Counted from the first letter of the stretch, positions 20,135 through 33,274 are shown. The stretch: DNA of 64,000 nucleotides from an uncultured Candidatus Entotheonella sp. (GCA_965215335.1 CBDCDA010000002.1:1152001-1216000), one strand, 5' to 3'. The notes: generated by a model from the sequence alone, not told the origin. Made by a program: numbers and translations.

Positions 20135-22264
20135 ATGAGCTACGATCAAGCCGCGGTACGAGCCGTTCTCGATCAGGTGCGGGCGGATGGGCGCAGCGCC
20201 CTGACGGCCTCGGAAGGGAAACAGGTCTGCGAGGCGTACGGCATCGCCACGCCCCAGGAAGGCCTGGCGGCTTCGGCTGGCGAGGCGGTGAGTCTGGCGC
20301 AGCAGATCGGCTTTCCCGTGGTGCTCAAGATCGCTTCCTCCGACATTCTCCACAAGACGGACGCCGGCGGCGTCCTCACCGGACTCAGATCGCTTGCCGA
20401 GATCGAACAGGGCTACGCGACGATCATGGCGAACGCCACCGCGCATCAACCCGGCGCGGCGATCGACGGCGTACAGGTGCAACGCATGCTGGGCGCCGCG
20501 CACGAGGTCATCGTCGGCGCCGTCACGGACCCGAGTTTCGGCAAGTTGGTTGCCTTCGGCATGGGCGGCGTCATGGTCGAGGTGATGCAGGACGTGGCCT
20601 TCCGCCTGGCGCCAGCGTCGCATCAGGAAGCCGTCGGCATGCTCGACGACATCGCCGGCGCCGCGGTGCTGCGCGGCGTGCGGGGCGCTGCAGGGGTGGA
20701 TCGCGACGCCCTGGGCACGGTAATCGAAAGCGTCTCGCACCTGGTGCACGATTTCCCCGAAATCAGCGAGATGGACCTCAATCCGGTGTTCGCCGACAGC
20801 GCCGGTGCCACGGCTGTCGACGTACGCATCCTGGTGGATTTTGACGCTGCCGTTGCGCCCCCTCGTCTATCCCGCGACGACATCCTGCGGGCCATGCGCC
20901 GCATCATGCAGCCCGAGGCGGTGGCGGTCATCGGAGCGTCGCCGGACGATGGAAAGGTCGGCAATTCGGTGATGAAGAATCTCGTCAACGGCGGCTACCA
21001 GGGCCAGATTTACCCGATTCACCCGCGCGCCGCGGAGATTCTGGGGCGAAAGTGTTACCCGCGCGTCGCCGACGTGCCGTCCGAGGTGGACATCGCCGTC
21101 TTCTGCATCCCGGCGCGCTTTGTGGCCGGCGTGCTGGCGGAAGTGGGTGAGAAAGGCATTCCCGGGGCGATCCTTATTCCCTCCGGGTTCGCCGAGGTGG
21201 GAGAGGATGCCCTGCAGCAGGAGGTCGTCAGGGTGGCGCGCGAGCACAACGTGCGCCTCATGGGGCCAAACATATACGGGTTCTACTACACCCACAAGAA
21301 CCTGTGCGCGACCTTCTGCACGCCGTATGACGAAAAGGGCGCCGTGGCCCTGTCGTCGCAGAGCGGCGGGGTCGGCATGGCGATCATCGGCTTCAGCCGC
21401 TCGGCGAAGATGGGCGTGTCGGCGATTGTCGGACTGGGGAACAAGGCGGACATCGACGAGGATGACCTGCTGACCTTTTTCGAGCAGGACCCGAACACTC
21501 AGGTCGTGGCCATGCACGTCGAGGACCTGAAGGACGGGCGAGCCTTTGCCGACGTCGCCCGGCGGGTATCCAGGCACAAGCCGGTGGTGGTGCTGAAGGC
21601 GGGCCGCACGGCGATGGGCGCGCGGGCGGCACGGTCGCACACCGGCGCCCTGGCGGGCAACGACGCCATTTACGACGCGGTGCTGCGTCAGAGCGGCGTC
21701 ATTCGCGCCCGCAACCTCAACGACATGCTGGAGTTTGCCCGCGGGCTGCAAATCCTGCCGGCACCGCAGGGCGAAAACGTCGTCATCGTGACCGGCGCCG
21801 GCGGCGCCGGCGTGCTGCTTTCCGACGCCTGCGTGGACCACGGCCTCGACCTGATGGCCATGCCACCCGACCTCGACGCCGCCTTCAAGGCATTCATCCC
21901 GCCGTTCGGCGCTTCCGGCAATCCCATCGACATCACCGGTGGCGAGCCCCCCGCCACCTATCGCAACACCATCCAGCTCGCCCTCGATGACGCCCGTATC
22001 CACGCCCTCATCCTCGGCTATTGGCATACCATCATCACGCCGCCCCTGGTGTTCGCCACCCTCCTGCGAGAAGTCGTGACGGAAGCCAGGGAACGCGGCA
22101 TCCACAAGCCCGTCGTGGCCTCGCTGGTCGGCGACGTCGAGGTCGAAGACGCCTGCCGCTATCTCGTCGATCACAGCATCCTGGCCTACCCGTACACGAC
22201 CGAAAAACCCGTTGCGGTTTTGGGCGCCAAGTATCGCTGGGCGCGGATTGCGGGGGTGCTGTAG
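20135..22264 (+). CDS. NDP-forming acyl-CoA synthetase (acetate--CoA ligase family), ATP-grasp domain N-terminal
   Basis: PVVLKI..HKTDAGGV, DLNP; CoA-binding VIGAS, GPN, SQSG, GNKAD; phospho-His SHTGALAG. Confidence 0.93.
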   Translation: MSYDQAAVRAVLDQVRADGRSALTASEGKQVCEAYGIATPQEGLAASAGEAVSLAQQIGFPVVLKIASSDILHKTDAGGVLTGLRSLAEIEQGYATIMANATAHQPGAAIDGVQVQRMLGAAHEVIVGAVTDPSFGKLVAFGMGGVMVEVMQDVAFRLAPASHQEAVGMLDDIAGAAVLRGVRGAAGVDRDALGTVIESVSHLVHDFPEISEMDLNPVFADSAGATAVDVRILVDFDAAVAPPRLSRDDILRAMRRIMQPEAVAVIGASPDDGKVGNSVMKNLVNGGYQGQIYPIHPRAAEILGRKCYPRVADVPSEVDIAVFCIPARFVAGVLAEVGEKGIPGAILIPSGFAEVGEDALQQEVVRVAREHNVRLMGPNIYGFYYTHKNLCATFCTPYDEKGAVALSSQSGGVGMAIIGFSRSAKMGVSAIVGLGNKADIDEDDLLTFFEQDPNTQVVAMHVEDLKDGRAFADVARRVSRHKPVVVLKAGRTAMGARAARSHTGALAGNDAIYDAVLRQSGVIRARNLNDMLEFARGLQILPAPQGENVVIVTGAGGAGVLLSDACVDHGLDLMAMPPDLDAAFKAFIPPFGASGNPIDITGGEPPATYRNTIQLALDDARIHALILGYWHTIITPPLVFATLLREVVTEARERGIHKPVVASLVGDVEVEDACRYLVDHSILAYPYTTEKPVAVLGAKYRWARIAGVL

Positions 22265-22279
22265 GCGATGTAGAACCAA

Positions 22280-22591
22280 ATGCGCGTATATTTCCTCTCC
22301 AGCATGTTTCTTTTTTCCATTTTGATTCAAGGGTGCGCCGTTAGTTTGAATCAATATGGTGAAACGGTTCGGTTTGTTGATGATAAAGAAAGATACAGAT
22401 GTGCTTTGCTCACTATAGTAACTGGCTCCAACTCTTTGGGATATAGTACTGCACATGACGCCGAGGGAGCAATGAACGAGGTCAGAAACAAAGCTGCAAA
22501 AGCCGGTGCAAACGCAGTTAAACTGATCGATATAGATTCAAGTTACGTGTCTGTTACCGCTGTTGGTGAGGCTTTGAGGTGCGAGTTTTAG
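22280..22591 (+). CDS. Small AT-rich putative lipoprotein (DUF4156-like)
   Basis: Lipobox-like LIQGC, RNKAAKAGANAV, terminal Cys. Confidence 0.65.
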   Translation: MRVYFLSSMFLFSILIQGCAVSLNQYGETVRFVDDKERYRCALLTIVTGSNSLGYSTAHDAEGAMNEVRNKAAKAGANAVKLIDIDSSYVSVTAVGEALRCEF

Positions 22592-22653
22592 AGTCATTTA
22601 ACCTTTTCTTAACCAGGAAGGTTGTGATGACACACATACTTGGAGGAGACATC

Positions 22654-22896
22654 ATGGCACGATCCAAAATAACGGTTTCACTTGATGAGCAGACGCTACG
22701 GCAACTCGACCGATTGGTGGCGGAGGAAGTATTTTCCAGCCGCAGCCAAGCCATTCAGATGGCGGTGCAAGAGAAACTGGCGCCTTTGGATCGGGGTCGC
22801 TTGTCTCGCGAGTGTTCAAAACTCGACCCGGCTTTCGAAAAGGCGTTGGCTGAAGAAGGACTTGCTGAGGACACGTCTGCATGGCCCGCATATTGA
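22654..22896 (+). CDS. Ribbon-helix-helix antitoxin (CopG/MazE-like)
   Basis: KITVSLD...SRSQAI; GGAGG RBS; overlaps the toxin start. Confidence 0.9.
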   Translation: MARSKITVSLDEQTLRQLDRLVAEEVFSSRSQAIQMAVQEKLAPLDRGRLSRECSKLDPAFEKALAEEGLAEDTSAWPAY

Positions 22897-23222
22897 GGGG
22901 TGACATTCGATGGGCAGATTTGAATCCGGTGCGGGGGCATGAGCAGGCTGGTCAGCGGCCGGTGTTAATCCTCAGTCACGACGTCTTCAACGAGCGTTCA
23001 GGCACCGTCATCGCTATGGCGTTGACCAGCCAACTGCAACGCGCAGGCTTTCCTCTAACTCTTGAACTCCAAACGCGCGGTCTGCCGCGACGGTCCTGGG
23101 TGAAAATCAGTCAAATTCGTACGCTCACCGTTGAAAGAATCGGGGAGTGCTTGGCGCGCGTCGCGCCTGAGGACTTGGCGCGTGTCATCCAGGGTCTCAA
23201 CGAGATCATCAATCCTGCCTGA
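22881..23222 (+). CDS. PemK/MazF family toxin
   Basis: RGDIRWADLNPVRGHEQAGQRPVLILS...FN, QIRTL. Confidence 0.93.
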   Translation: MARILRGDIRWADLNPVRGHEQAGQRPVLILSHDVFNERSGTVIAMALTSQLQRAGFPLTLELQTRGLPRRSWVKISQIRTLTVERIGECLARVAPEDLARVIQGLNEIINPA

Positions 23223-23230
23223 CACATGAA

Positions 23231-23602
23231 CGTATCTTTGAGTCCAAATCCTTACAGACGGCTACGATCGGAAAGACGGATGAGGGTTGGGTGGGCAAGG
23301 CACAGGTCGATGCCAGTGACCGCCGAGAAGTGGTGTTGCCAGACGGCAGCACCGTCACAACCACCTGTTTGCCAAAGGGGGAGTTTGATATTTTGGCTGT
23401 TAACGTTTTTGCCTTTGAAGATACTTGGCGCTTTGTCTTTGCAAAGAATTCCGATCTCTCCACATCGAACTACAGGAAGTACACGGAATATCAACGACGA
23501 CATCTGCTTGCTACATTGGTCGAAGTTCACTGGCCTCCAAAGCCGCCGTTTTCCGAAGAGCCATTCACGTTGATGAACGAGATCATTCAGAATCGCATCT
23601 GA
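23231..23602 (+). pseudogene. 5'-truncated putative type II restriction endonuclease
   Basis: Open frame FESKSLQT...QVDASDRR...GEFDILAVN...WPPKPPF lacks a credible start, has an ExK motif at the broken end, and is convergent on a DNA methyltransferase. Confidence 0.55.
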
Positions 23603-24343
23603 AATGCCTCTTTCCCCTTCGGAATTTTCACGAACACAAGAAAGTAGGAATGGTTCTTCCGCGCATGTGCCTGTTTCAGTAACCGGCTCATTCCAGGTTT
23701 GTTGGGCCGTACAACAACGAACAGATCCTTGCAGAAGAAACCCATATCTGCATACGCGGTGATGACTTCTACGTGGGTGAGATTTTGGCGGTTAGCGCTG
23801 ACTTCATCCTGGCATTTCACAATGAATACGCCGCGGTCGCGCAGTACGCGATGGGCTTCGCGCCCGCCTGCCTCGTATAGCTCCACGACTGCTGCATGCC
23901 ATTTCCCGCTGCCGTTTCTTGGCGCTTCGTGTCCGTTCGCATAGTAGTCGCGAAAAGCGTTATGCGTTCCCGCGCCGGCTTTGATCGAATTACCGTTTCG
24001 GAAGAACCCCTCCATGTAGGGCGGATCAAAGACGATACAGTCAAACGATTCAGCCTCGTAAGGCAGATCGCGGCAGTCGATTCCATCAGCGATGTCTGAG
24101 GCATGAAAGTCGTACTTCTCAGTATGGATCTTCCGCCAGAAGACGCCTTCCTCCATAGGTAACGTCGGCCACCTTAGATCCTTCCGGGACATGGAGGCTC
24201 AGCACATTGGGAAAGACGTCTGCGTTGTTTCCCACGTAGGCCGATACAACTACGTTGCTCGTGGCAACCCCGTCCGGTTTTTTCCGCCCCGATGGCGTTT
24301 GTTCTTCCGATGCGGACATGAGATTCAATTGCTCTTGCGCCAC
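23587..24343 (-). pseudogene. Frameshifted N4-cytosine/N6-adenine DNA methyltransferase
   Basis: SAM motif VADVTYG in one frame continues as (E)GVFW in another at ~24150; catalytic FDPPY downstream; [17 protein letters not shown]. Confidence 0.8.
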
Positions 24344-24463
24344 GGCTTGGCCACCCTTCCCAGTCTCGCTTTCAAGGATGCTTCGAATGGCCATCCGCAC
24401 TTCGTGCGTACACCACCTACAGCGGAATGACAACCGCTCGGGTCGGCGCGACGATCACACAAT

Positions 24464-24730
24464 CTATCCGAACAACGCATCCACCGCCAGCCCGGTACTG
24501 CTGGTTCCGCGCGCCGTTTCACCCTGCTTGAACGTCAGGGGATTGTCGGGGTCGCCAGCCCGGTAGGGTTTAATGACAGTCTCGCTCCGTAAGTCCACGT
24601 CCCAGACGACAAGGGTGCCGCAGGCGAAATAATCGGCGGCGCTTCTCGCGCACGGCCCGTTCGGCTGCCGGGCCATGATCGTTTTCGCTGCGTATTTCCA
24701 CCGCAACAATGGGCGCCTCTTCGAGGCATC
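24464..24730 (-). pseudogene. Degenerate Uma2-family endonuclease fragment
   Basis: Across frameshifts: APIVAVEIRSENDHGPAAERAVREKR / ADYFACGTLVVWDVDL...GETA / AEPAVPGW. Confidence 0.7.
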
Positions 24731-24891
24731 GCATGCCGTGCGGGGGCCAACAGCGCGGCGTTCATGACATCCCGGCAACCTGCGAAAACGACGGCCTCGC
24801 AGCGGCTTGGGCGGTCAGGGGTCTCAGTCAGCACCGTTTCCCGATCCCGGGGGTTGTACACGGTGCGCGGTGCCGGTGCCGGTTACGGGGA

Positions 24892-26415
<1,524 letters not shown>

Positions 26416-26478
26416 TTATCCTAACGAAAAACACGGCGTCTTGACAACCGGCGGGCGCGAGCGCCTGGTCAGAGCGCT

Positions 26479-28113
26479 TCAGTAGCCGACGGCCTGCCCG
26501 TCGCGACGCGGGTCGGCGGCTCCGCTCAGGGCGCCGGATTGCGGGTCGATGCGGATGGCGTGCACGCCGCCGAAGTAGCGGTCCATGACGGCATGGCGTC
26601 TGACGGTGTGGCCTTTCTGTTCCAGTTGTGCGGCCACTTGTGGTTGAATGCCCGCTTCCAGGTGCAGGACGCCGTCCTGCCAGTGCGCGCGCGGCGCGGC
26701 CACCGCGGCGGCCAGGTCCATGTCGTGGTCGATGACGTTGGACAGGGTTTGCAGCACCGCGGAGGGGATGCGATGACTGGCGGGAGACCCCAGAATCATG
26801 AAGGCGCGGTCGTTCTTCAGTACGATGGTCGGGCACATGTGACTGCGCGGGATTTTGTGCGGCGCCACGGCGTTGATGTGGGTGCGGCCTTCGGAAAAAT
26901 CGTTCATTTCGCCGTTGAGCAGCAGGCCGGTCCCGTCCAGCACCATGCCGGAGCCCCAGAAGAGGCCGATGGTCTGTGTGGCGGAGACGATGTTGCCCCA
27001 GCGGTCGATGATCGAGTAGTGCGTCGTGCAGCCCTGACCGTCATCGGGCGAGCTGTCGGGCAAGAACGACGGGTTGGCGCGGTCGAACGACAGGTTGCGG
27101 CTGAGGTCGGCGGCCCATGCCTTGTCGATCAGCTCGTGCGTCGGAATCGACGGCAGGGTATCGGGGTCGGCGACGTAGCGCTCGCCGACCGCGAATGACG
27201 CCTTGAGCGCCTCGGCGATCAGGTGGATGGTGTCGGCAGCGTGCGGCCCCCAGTCGCGCACGGGGTAGCGTTCCAGGACGTTGAGCACCTGGAGCAGTCG
27301 CATGCCGCCGGTGCTTGGCGGCGGGGTCGTCAACAAGGTGTAACCGCGGTAGGTGCCGCGGATAATGGGGCGTTCACGCGTTCGGTAGGTGGCCAGGTCG
27401 CTTGCGGCGACCAGGCCGCCGTGGGCTGCCATGAAACGGCCAAGCCGACGGGCAAACGTATCCTGGCCGAAGGCTTCCAGCCCGACTTCCGAGATATGGG
27501 CCAGGGTCTGCGCCAGTTCCGGCTGCCGCAACGATTCGCCGGCGGGTATGGGGCCTTCGGGGCGGGTGAAGATGCGAGCCGTCGTGGGGTAGCGAGACAG
27601 GAGGTCATGGTAAGCGGCGAATTGCTTGGCCATTTTGGGGGTTATGGTGATGCCGTGTTCAGCATGGTGGATGGCTGGCGTGATCATGGGTTCCAGCGTC
27701 CGACGCGCCAGCAGGCCGAAATGGGCGGCGGCGTGGGCGAGCCCGCTGGGCATGCCGGGCACCGCTACCGCCAGCGGGCCGTGCAGGGTAAGATCGTGTA
27801 CGGATTGGCCGGTGCCGTAGTAGTGGTCGGGCGTCGCGGCGGCGGGGGTTCTTTCCCGGAAGTCCAGACATAGAACCCGACCATTGCCGAGGCGGGCGGC
27901 GGGAGAGTCGGCACGGCTGTCCGGCATCCATATCGTCATGAACCCGCCGCCGCCCAGGCCGGAGGCGTAGGGCTCGACGACGCCGAGGGTGAATGAAATC
28001 GCCAGCGCGGCGTCGATCGCATTGCCGCCGCGTTGCAGCATCACAAGGCCGGTCCGTGCGGCCGCCGGATGCGCGGCGCATACCATGCCCTGCGACCCGT
28101 GAGGTCTGTCCAT
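26479..28113 (-). CDS. ggt: Gamma-glutamyltransferase
   Basis: [20 protein letters not shown], nucleophile TTHYS, ADPRRDG. Confidence 0.93.
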   Translation of the reverse strand: MDRPHGSQGMVCAAHPAAARTGLVMLQRGGNAIDAALAISFTLGVVEPYASGLGGGGFMTIWMPDSRADSPAARLGNGRVLCLDFRERTPAAATPDHYYGTGQSVHDLTLHGPLAVAVPGMPSGLAHAAAHFGLLARRTLEPMITPAIHHAEHGITITPKMAKQFAAYHDLLSRYPTTARIFTRPEGPIPAGESLRQPELAQTLAHISEVGLEAFGQDTFARRLGRFMAAHGGLVAASDLATYRTRERPIIRGTYRGYTLLTTPPPSTGGMRLLQVLNVLERYPVRDWGPHAADTIHLIAEALKASFAVGERYVADPDTLPSIPTHELIDKAWAADLSRNLSFDRANPSFLPDSSPDDGQGCTTHYSIIDRWGNIVSATQTIGLFWGSGMVLDGTGLLLNGEMNDFSEGRTHINAVAPHKIPRSHMCPTIVLKNDRAFMILGSPASHRIPSAVLQTLSNVIDHDMDLAAAVAAPRAHWQDGVLHLEAGIQPQVAAQLEQKGHTVRRHAVMDRYFGGVHAIRIDPQSGALSGAADPRRDGQAVGY

Positions 28114-28192
28114 TTCCAAATCTGAACCTTTTCCGCGGAACCAACGGGCGGGACGACAGCAGGCCACCGTCCTTTGCGAAGGAGACCCATCC

Positions 28193-29833
28193 ATGAGCCG
28201 GCTCACGATGTCCACAGCCTGGAAAGCCCTGGAGGCTCACAGAGAAGTCATCGCCGCCCAACACATGCGCGACCTGTTTGCCGCCGACCCGCGGCGGTTC
28301 GATACGTTTTCGCTGCGGTTCGGGGGCATGCTGCTGGACTATTCCAAGAATCGGATTACCGTCCAAACGATGCGGTTGCTACGCGACCTGGCGATGCAGG
28401 CGAATCTGCCCGGCTGGATCGCGCGCATGTTCACAGGCAGCAAGATTAACACGACCGAGGGGCGCGCCGTGCTGCACGTCGCGCTGCGAAACCGCGCCGA
28501 TCGTCCCATATTCGTGGACGGCAAGGACGTGATGCCGCAGGTCAACGAGGTGCTGGGCCGCATGCAGGCGTTCAGCACCGCGGTGCGCCAGGGAACCTGG
28601 ACGGGCTGCGACGGCAGAGCGTTTACCGACGTGGTGAATATCGGCATCGGCGGTTCCGACCTGGGTCCCGTCATGGTCACGGAGGCGCTCAAGCCTTATG
28701 CCCGGGAAGGGCTGCACATGCGTTTCGTCTCCAATATCGACGGCACCCAGCTGGCCGAGACGCTGAAGCATTGCCGACCCGAGACGACGCTGTTTCTCGT
28801 TGCGTCCAAGACCTTCACGACCCAGGAAACGATGACCAATGCCCGCACGGCCAGGACGTGGTTCTTGCGCCAGGCCGGGGACGACGCTCACGTGGCCAGG
28901 CACTTCGTGGCGCTGTCCATGAACGCCGAAGCGGTGCGCGCCTTCGGCATCGACCCGGCCAACATGTTTCCGGTCTGGGACTGGGTGGGGGGACGCTATT
29001 CGTTGTGGTCGGCCATCGGTTTGTCGATTGCGATTGCCATCGGCTTCGACAACTTCAGCGCGCTGCTAGACGGGGCGCACGACATGGACGAGCATTTCCG
29101 CACGGCGCCGCTTGAAGAAAACCTCCCTGCCACGCTCGGGCTGCTGGGTATCTGGTACAACAACTTTTTCGGTGCCCAGACCCACGCGATCCTGCCGTAC
29201 GATCAATACCTGCATCGCTTTCCCGCCTATTTCCAGCAGGGCGACATGGAGAGCAACGGCAAGGGCGTCCAGCGCGACGGAACGCTGGTTGACCATACGA
29301 CAGGTCCGGTCGTCTGGGGTGAGCCGGGCACCAATGGGCAGCACGCGTTCTACCAACTCATGCATCAGGGCACCCGCCTCATTCCGTGTGACTTCATCGC
29401 GCCCGTGAAGAGTCACAACGCGGTCGGCGACCACCACAGGATTCTGCTGTCGAATTTCTTCGCGCAGTCGGAGGCTCTGATGAAGGGTAAAACCGCCGAG
29501 GAGGTGCGCACCGAACTCGCCGAAAGCGGTGTCAGCGAGTCGGCCATGGCAGACCTCATTCCCCACATGGTGCATGCCGGCAACAAGCCGACCAACAGCA
29601 TCCTGGTGCCTCGGATCACGCCGAGAATTCTCGGGCAGCTCCTCGCGCTCTACGAGCACAAGATCTTCACGCAGGGGATCATCTGGAACATCAATTCATT
29701 CGATCAATGGGGGGTGGAACTCGGCAAGCAGCTTGCCAACGCCATTCTGCCCAAACTGGAAGGCACGGCTGAAGTCACCGGTCATGACAGCTCGACGAAC
29801 GGGCTGATCAATTACTACAAAGCCAACAGATAG
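28193..29833 (+). CDS. pgi: Glucose-6-phosphate isomerase
   Basis: [41 protein letters not shown]. Confidence 0.98.
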   Translation: MSRLTMSTAWKALEAHREVIAAQHMRDLFAADPRRFDTFSLRFGGMLLDYSKNRITVQTMRLLRDLAMQANLPGWIARMFTGSKINTTEGRAVLHVALRNRADRPIFVDGKDVMPQVNEVLGRMQAFSTAVRQGTWTGCDGRAFTDVVNIGIGGSDLGPVMVTEALKPYAREGLHMRFVSNIDGTQLAETLKHCRPETTLFLVASKTFTTQETMTNARTARTWFLRQAGDDAHVARHFVALSMNAEAVRAFGIDPANMFPVWDWVGGRYSLWSAIGLSIAIAIGFDNFSALLDGAHDMDEHFRTAPLEENLPATLGLLGIWYNNFFGAQTHAILPYDQYLHRFPAYFQQGDMESNGKGVQRDGTLVDHTTGPVVWGEPGTNGQHAFYQLMHQGTRLIPCDFIAPVKSHNAVGDHHRILLSNFFAQSEALMKGKTAEEVRTELAESGVSESAMADLIPHMVHAGNKPTNSILVPRITPRILGQLLALYEHKIFTQGIIWNINSFDQWGVELGKQLANAILPKLEGTAEVTGHDSSTNGLINYYKANR

Positions 29834-29877
29834 ATAGCGAAACCGGGGACGACCGAGAGAGGCATCGTCAACGACAA

Positions 29878-29910
29878 CAGGGGCGACCGGGTGTGTGTCC
29901 GTCGCCCCTG
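29878..29910. terminator. Hairpin between convergent pgi and cyclase genes
   Basis: CAGGGGCGAC...GTCGCCCCTG 10-bp stem; no U-tract. Confidence 0.45.
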
Positions 29911-29917
29911 GGGAGGT

Positions 29918-30988
29918 TCAGTACAGCGCCACCGGGTTGCCGGGGGAACCGGTCGCGCCGATGATCTTCAGGGGCGACCACACGAACAGGAATTCGTATA
30001 CCCCGTCCCGGATCAGTGGTGTGAAGTCAAGATTTTCGATGTTCCAGATACCCCGCCGCGTTTGCAATTCGGTATGGCAGGGTACGGCGTACCCTTCTTC
30101 CTCACCGACCGGCTGGGCGTCATTCGCCGACGTGTCGCCGCCGGTCAGGATGACTCTACGCTCGGCAAAATACTCGCAGGCGCTGATGCCGAAGCCCGGT
30201 TCGCCGGAATTGAACATCTGCCGCCGCTGCGCCTTCTCTTCCGCAGACAGGGTGGGCCACACTTCGTTCGCCCACAGGTCGCCGTGGCCGGTGTACAGGA
30301 ACACGCAGTCGCCCTCGCTGATGTCCGAGAGGCCCTGCTTGTGCAGGATGCCTCGCACATCGTCGGCGGTAACGATGCCCGGGCTGTCCGTCGAGCGCGG
30401 GATCGGCAGCGGGTTGATGCCCTTGTAATCGGCGGCGTTCAGCAGCACGCCGCGGCACACGAAACCCTTCTCCGCGACGAACTCGACACCGAGACCGCCC
30501 ATGCCGATGACGCGCCCACCGGCGCCGCGGGTGTAGGTTTCAGCAGCCATCTGGCCGTTGTAGAAGAAATCGCCCTGCGAGGTGCGGACGCCGATGTGCC
30601 CCGGACCGTCGAACTGCGTGCTCACCTGACCTATTTCAGTGGTTACCATCTCGTCATGATATACCAAGTTGTTCTTGCCGAACGGGCCGCCGGTGGGGGT
30701 GCCGGGGATGGTCAGGCTCCAGCTGCGGGGACCGAAGAGGGGAACGTCGGAGGCGTACAGTTTGCCAAGCGTCGCCACCTTGCCTTGCCTGACCAGCCTG
30801 ACCGCGTTCAAAACGATATCCGGCGTGGTGCGATTGGGTGCGCCGACTCGATCGTCCGGACCCCATTCCGTTGGGGCCCAGTTTTCCTTGAGCGGCTTGT
30901 CGTCCATCTGGGCATGGGCCATTGCGGTAAACAGGCATGCCGCGACGACCATTGCCAGCGCGGAGAACCTGTTCATTTTGAGTGCCAT
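29918..30988 (-). CDS. Exported cyclase-family protein (kynurenine formamidase-like fold), paralog 1
   Basis: Signal peptide ending AHA; WGPDDRVG, QVSTQFDGPGH, PG, H, IENL, GATGSP. Confidence 0.88.
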   Translation of the reverse strand: MALKMNRFSALAMVVAACLFTAMAHAQMDDKPLKENWAPTEWGPDDRVGAPNRTTPDIVLNAVRLVRQGKVATLGKLYASDVPLFGPRSWSLTIPGTPTGGPFGKNNLVYHDEMVTTEIGQVSTQFDGPGHIGVRTSQGDFFYNGQMAAETYTRGAGGRVIGMGGLGVEFVAEKGFVCRGVLLNAADYKGINPLPIPRSTDSPGIVTADDVRGILHKQGLSDISEGDCVFLYTGHGDLWANEVWPTLSAEEKAQRRQMFNSGEPGFGISACEYFAERRVILTGGDTSANDAQPVGEEEGYAVPCHTELQTRRGIWNIENLDFTPLIRDGVYEFLFVWSPLKIIGATGSPGNPVALY

Positions 30989-31102
30989 ATCCTCTCTCCT
31001 TGGATCAGAGATACACGTTCCGTGAGGTAACGAGGTATCGCTACCGATTAGCAGGGCAGAGACGAGTATTAACATCACAAGCGGCTTGTGATGTCAAGCG
31101 GA

Positions 31103-31987
31103 TTACACCGGCATGGCGCGTCGGGTATGGGTGCGCCCTTCCTTGGCCGTTTCCTCCCGGCCGCCTGCGATTACTCGAACTCCCGAGTCGATCTTCTCGA
31201 TCACCGTTTCCGGCGTGCAGCTTTCCAGGTAGGCCAGACCATTGGCTCGGCAAGCATGAAAGACGCGGTCGCGCGCCCGTTGCACGTCGGGCGGGAACGG
31301 CTCGCGCGGCACCTGTTTGTAGCCCATCGCCAGGCCCAGATCGCCCGGACCCATCTCGGCAAATCCGAGGCCGGGCACGCTGAGGATCTGCTCAACATTG
31401 GAAATCCCTTCAAGGCTCTCGATCTTCACCCCCAGGAGCAGTTCGCCCCGCGGGTTGAGGGGCCACGGATCGGCGCGGTCGATGTAGGCTTCCTGACTCA
31501 CGCCCCAGATGGCCGCCGCTTCGGGTTCCGAACCGCGTCCGCGTCGGCCAGCCCGCAGGCCGCGACCGACGCCGACGGTATGGGTCGGATACCGGCAGGA
31601 CTCCACAAAGGCGCGTACGGCGTCGGCTGATTCCGCCTGGCAGAGCAGGATGCCGTGGACGCCGCGGGCGAGAATCTGTCGGAACTGCCAGGCATTGTTG
31701 CGAATAACGGACGCGCTCGATCCATCGACCGGAACTTCGACGATCACCGCCGGGGTTCGGTGGCCGCTGGCCGTCGGGCCGCCGTCGACCAGCCCCTGCA
31801 CGTACGTCCCCAGCCCGGTCATGTCGAACGCCCCGTGCTCCATCCCGACGTTGATGTAATCGGCCCACGTACTGGCGTCCTCACGGCCCTTGTCATAGGT
31901 CAGAACGTGCCCCGTATGGCCGCCGTCGTAGTAGATCGGCTGGCCGCTTGCCAGCAGGGCAACGGCACGGTTGATGCGGTTTTGCAT
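31103..31987 (-). CDS. HpcH/HpaI aldolase/citrate lyase family protein
   Basis: MEHG, KIES, GPGDL motifs. Confidence 0.85.
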   Translation of the reverse strand: MQNRINRAVALLASGQPIYYDGGHTGHVLTYDKGREDASTWADYINVGMEHGAFDMTGLGTYVQGLVDGGPTASGHRTPAVIVEVPVDGSSASVIRNNAWQFRQILARGVHGILLCQAESADAVRAFVESCRYPTHTVGVGRGLRAGRRGRGSEPEAAAIWGVSQEAYIDRADPWPLNPRGELLLGVKIESLEGISNVEQILSVPGLGFAEMGPGDLGLAMGYKQVPREPFPPDVQRARDRVFHACRANGLAYLESCTPETVIEKIDSGVRVIAGGREETAKEGRTHTRRAMPV

Positions 31988-32157
31988 GGGGTGTCCTTTC
32001 TGTTCTTGCGGTCAGGGAAATTGGGGTCAAGAAGAGCGTTCGGGGCGACCGGGAAGTTCCTTGACAGGTGACATGGAGCATGGCACTTTAGACGCCTCCG
32101 CCGCCACAGGCAAGGCGGTAAACGAGTTTGGCACATTCCTTGACAGGGAGAGAGGGT

Positions 32158-33138
32158 ATGCAAAGGTACAAGGCATTGTTGATTGTCCTGCTGGCGCTTG
32201 TATTTTGCGCCGCGTCGGCGATGGCTCAGACCAGGGAAGAGGGACCTTGGTGGCCGCACCCGATCTGGGGTGCTGGCGATCAGGCCGGCGGCTCGAACTG
32301 GATCACGCCGGAAAAGATCATGGATTCGTTGAAGATGGTGACGACCGGCAAGGTCTACGAGATCGGCCAGGTGTACGAGCGTGGCATGCCGCTGTTCGGG
32401 CAGCGTACCTATGCGATGTTCGCCAACCAGGCCGGCCCGTTTGGCGACAACATGCTGATGGGTCACGACGATTTTCTGTGCGCCGAGATCGGCCAGGTGG
32501 GCACGCAGTTCGACGGCCCGGCCCACATCGGCATGCGCATGACCATGGCCGACGGCACCAGCAAGGACGTGTATTACAACGGCTTTACGGAACAGGATGA
32601 CCTGAAAGGCTTTTACGGCGTCGAGAGTCTGGGCATCGAGAACGTCAAGCCGTACATCACCCGCGGCGTTCTGGTTGACGTGGCCGGATACAGGGGCGTG
32701 GATACCCTCGACCACAGCTACGAAGTCACCATGGACGACGTGCGCGGTGCACTCGCCAGGCAGGGCATCTCCGAGGCGAGCATCAACGACGGCGACGCGC
32801 TGTTCTTCAACTATGGCTGGTCGAAGCTGTGGGGCGATCCCGACACCTACAACACCAACCCTCCGGGCATTGGCATGGAAGTGGCCGCGTGGATCGTGGC
32901 GCAGAATGCCTCGATGGTCGGCTCCGACTCCTGGCCGACCGAGGTGTGGCCGAGCCCGACCGGTCTGGTCGTGCCGGTACACCAGGAGCTGATCACGAAG
33001 GCCGGTATTTTCAACCTGGAAAACATGGTTTTCGACAGCGTGATCGCGGACGGCGTGTACGAATTCCTCTACATCTTCACGCCCATCCGGTTCAAGGGCG
33101 GCACCGGCTCGCCCGCCCGCCCGCTGGCTATCCGGTAA
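32158..33138 (+). CDS. Exported cyclase-family protein, paralog 2
   Basis: Signal peptide ending AMA; WGAGDQAG, QVGTQFDGPAH, VGSD, LEN, GGTGSP. Confidence 0.88.
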   Translation: MQRYKALLIVLLALVFCAASAMAQTREEGPWWPHPIWGAGDQAGGSNWITPEKIMDSLKMVTTGKVYEIGQVYERGMPLFGQRTYAMFANQAGPFGDNMLMGHDDFLCAEIGQVGTQFDGPAHIGMRMTMADGTSKDVYYNGFTEQDDLKGFYGVESLGIENVKPYITRGVLVDVAGYRGVDTLDHSYEVTMDDVRGALARQGISEASINDGDALFFNYGWSKLWGDPDTYNTNPPGIGMEVAAWIVAQNASMVGSDSWPTEVWPSPTGLVVPVHQELITKAGIFNLENMVFDSVIADGVYEFLYIFTPIRFKGGTGSPARPLAIR

Positions 33139-33163
33139 GCATCCACCCACAACCGCATAACAG

Positions 33164-33199
33164 AAAAGGGGACGCCCGATTCGGGTCGTCCCCTTTTTT
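33164..33199. terminator. Bidirectional intrinsic terminator
   Basis: AAAAGGGGACG-CCCGA.TCGGG-CGTCCCCTTTTTT. Confidence 0.8.
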
Positions 33200-33214
33200 G
33201 TCCCCCCCCCTAAC

Positions 33215-33257
33215 AAAAAAGGCCGGGAAACGCTTTGCGCGCTCCCGGCCTCCTTTT
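33215..33257 (-). terminator. Second intrinsic terminator (for the amidohydrolase genes)
   Basis: AAAAAA-GGCCGGGA...TCCCGGCC. Confidence 0.7.
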
Positions 33258-33274
33258 GCGCCTGGGCGGACTGC

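Noticed and set aside
33201..33220. C9 and A6 homopolymers as phase-variation tracts
   Set aside because: They lie between two terminators of convergent genes, outside any CDS or promoter.
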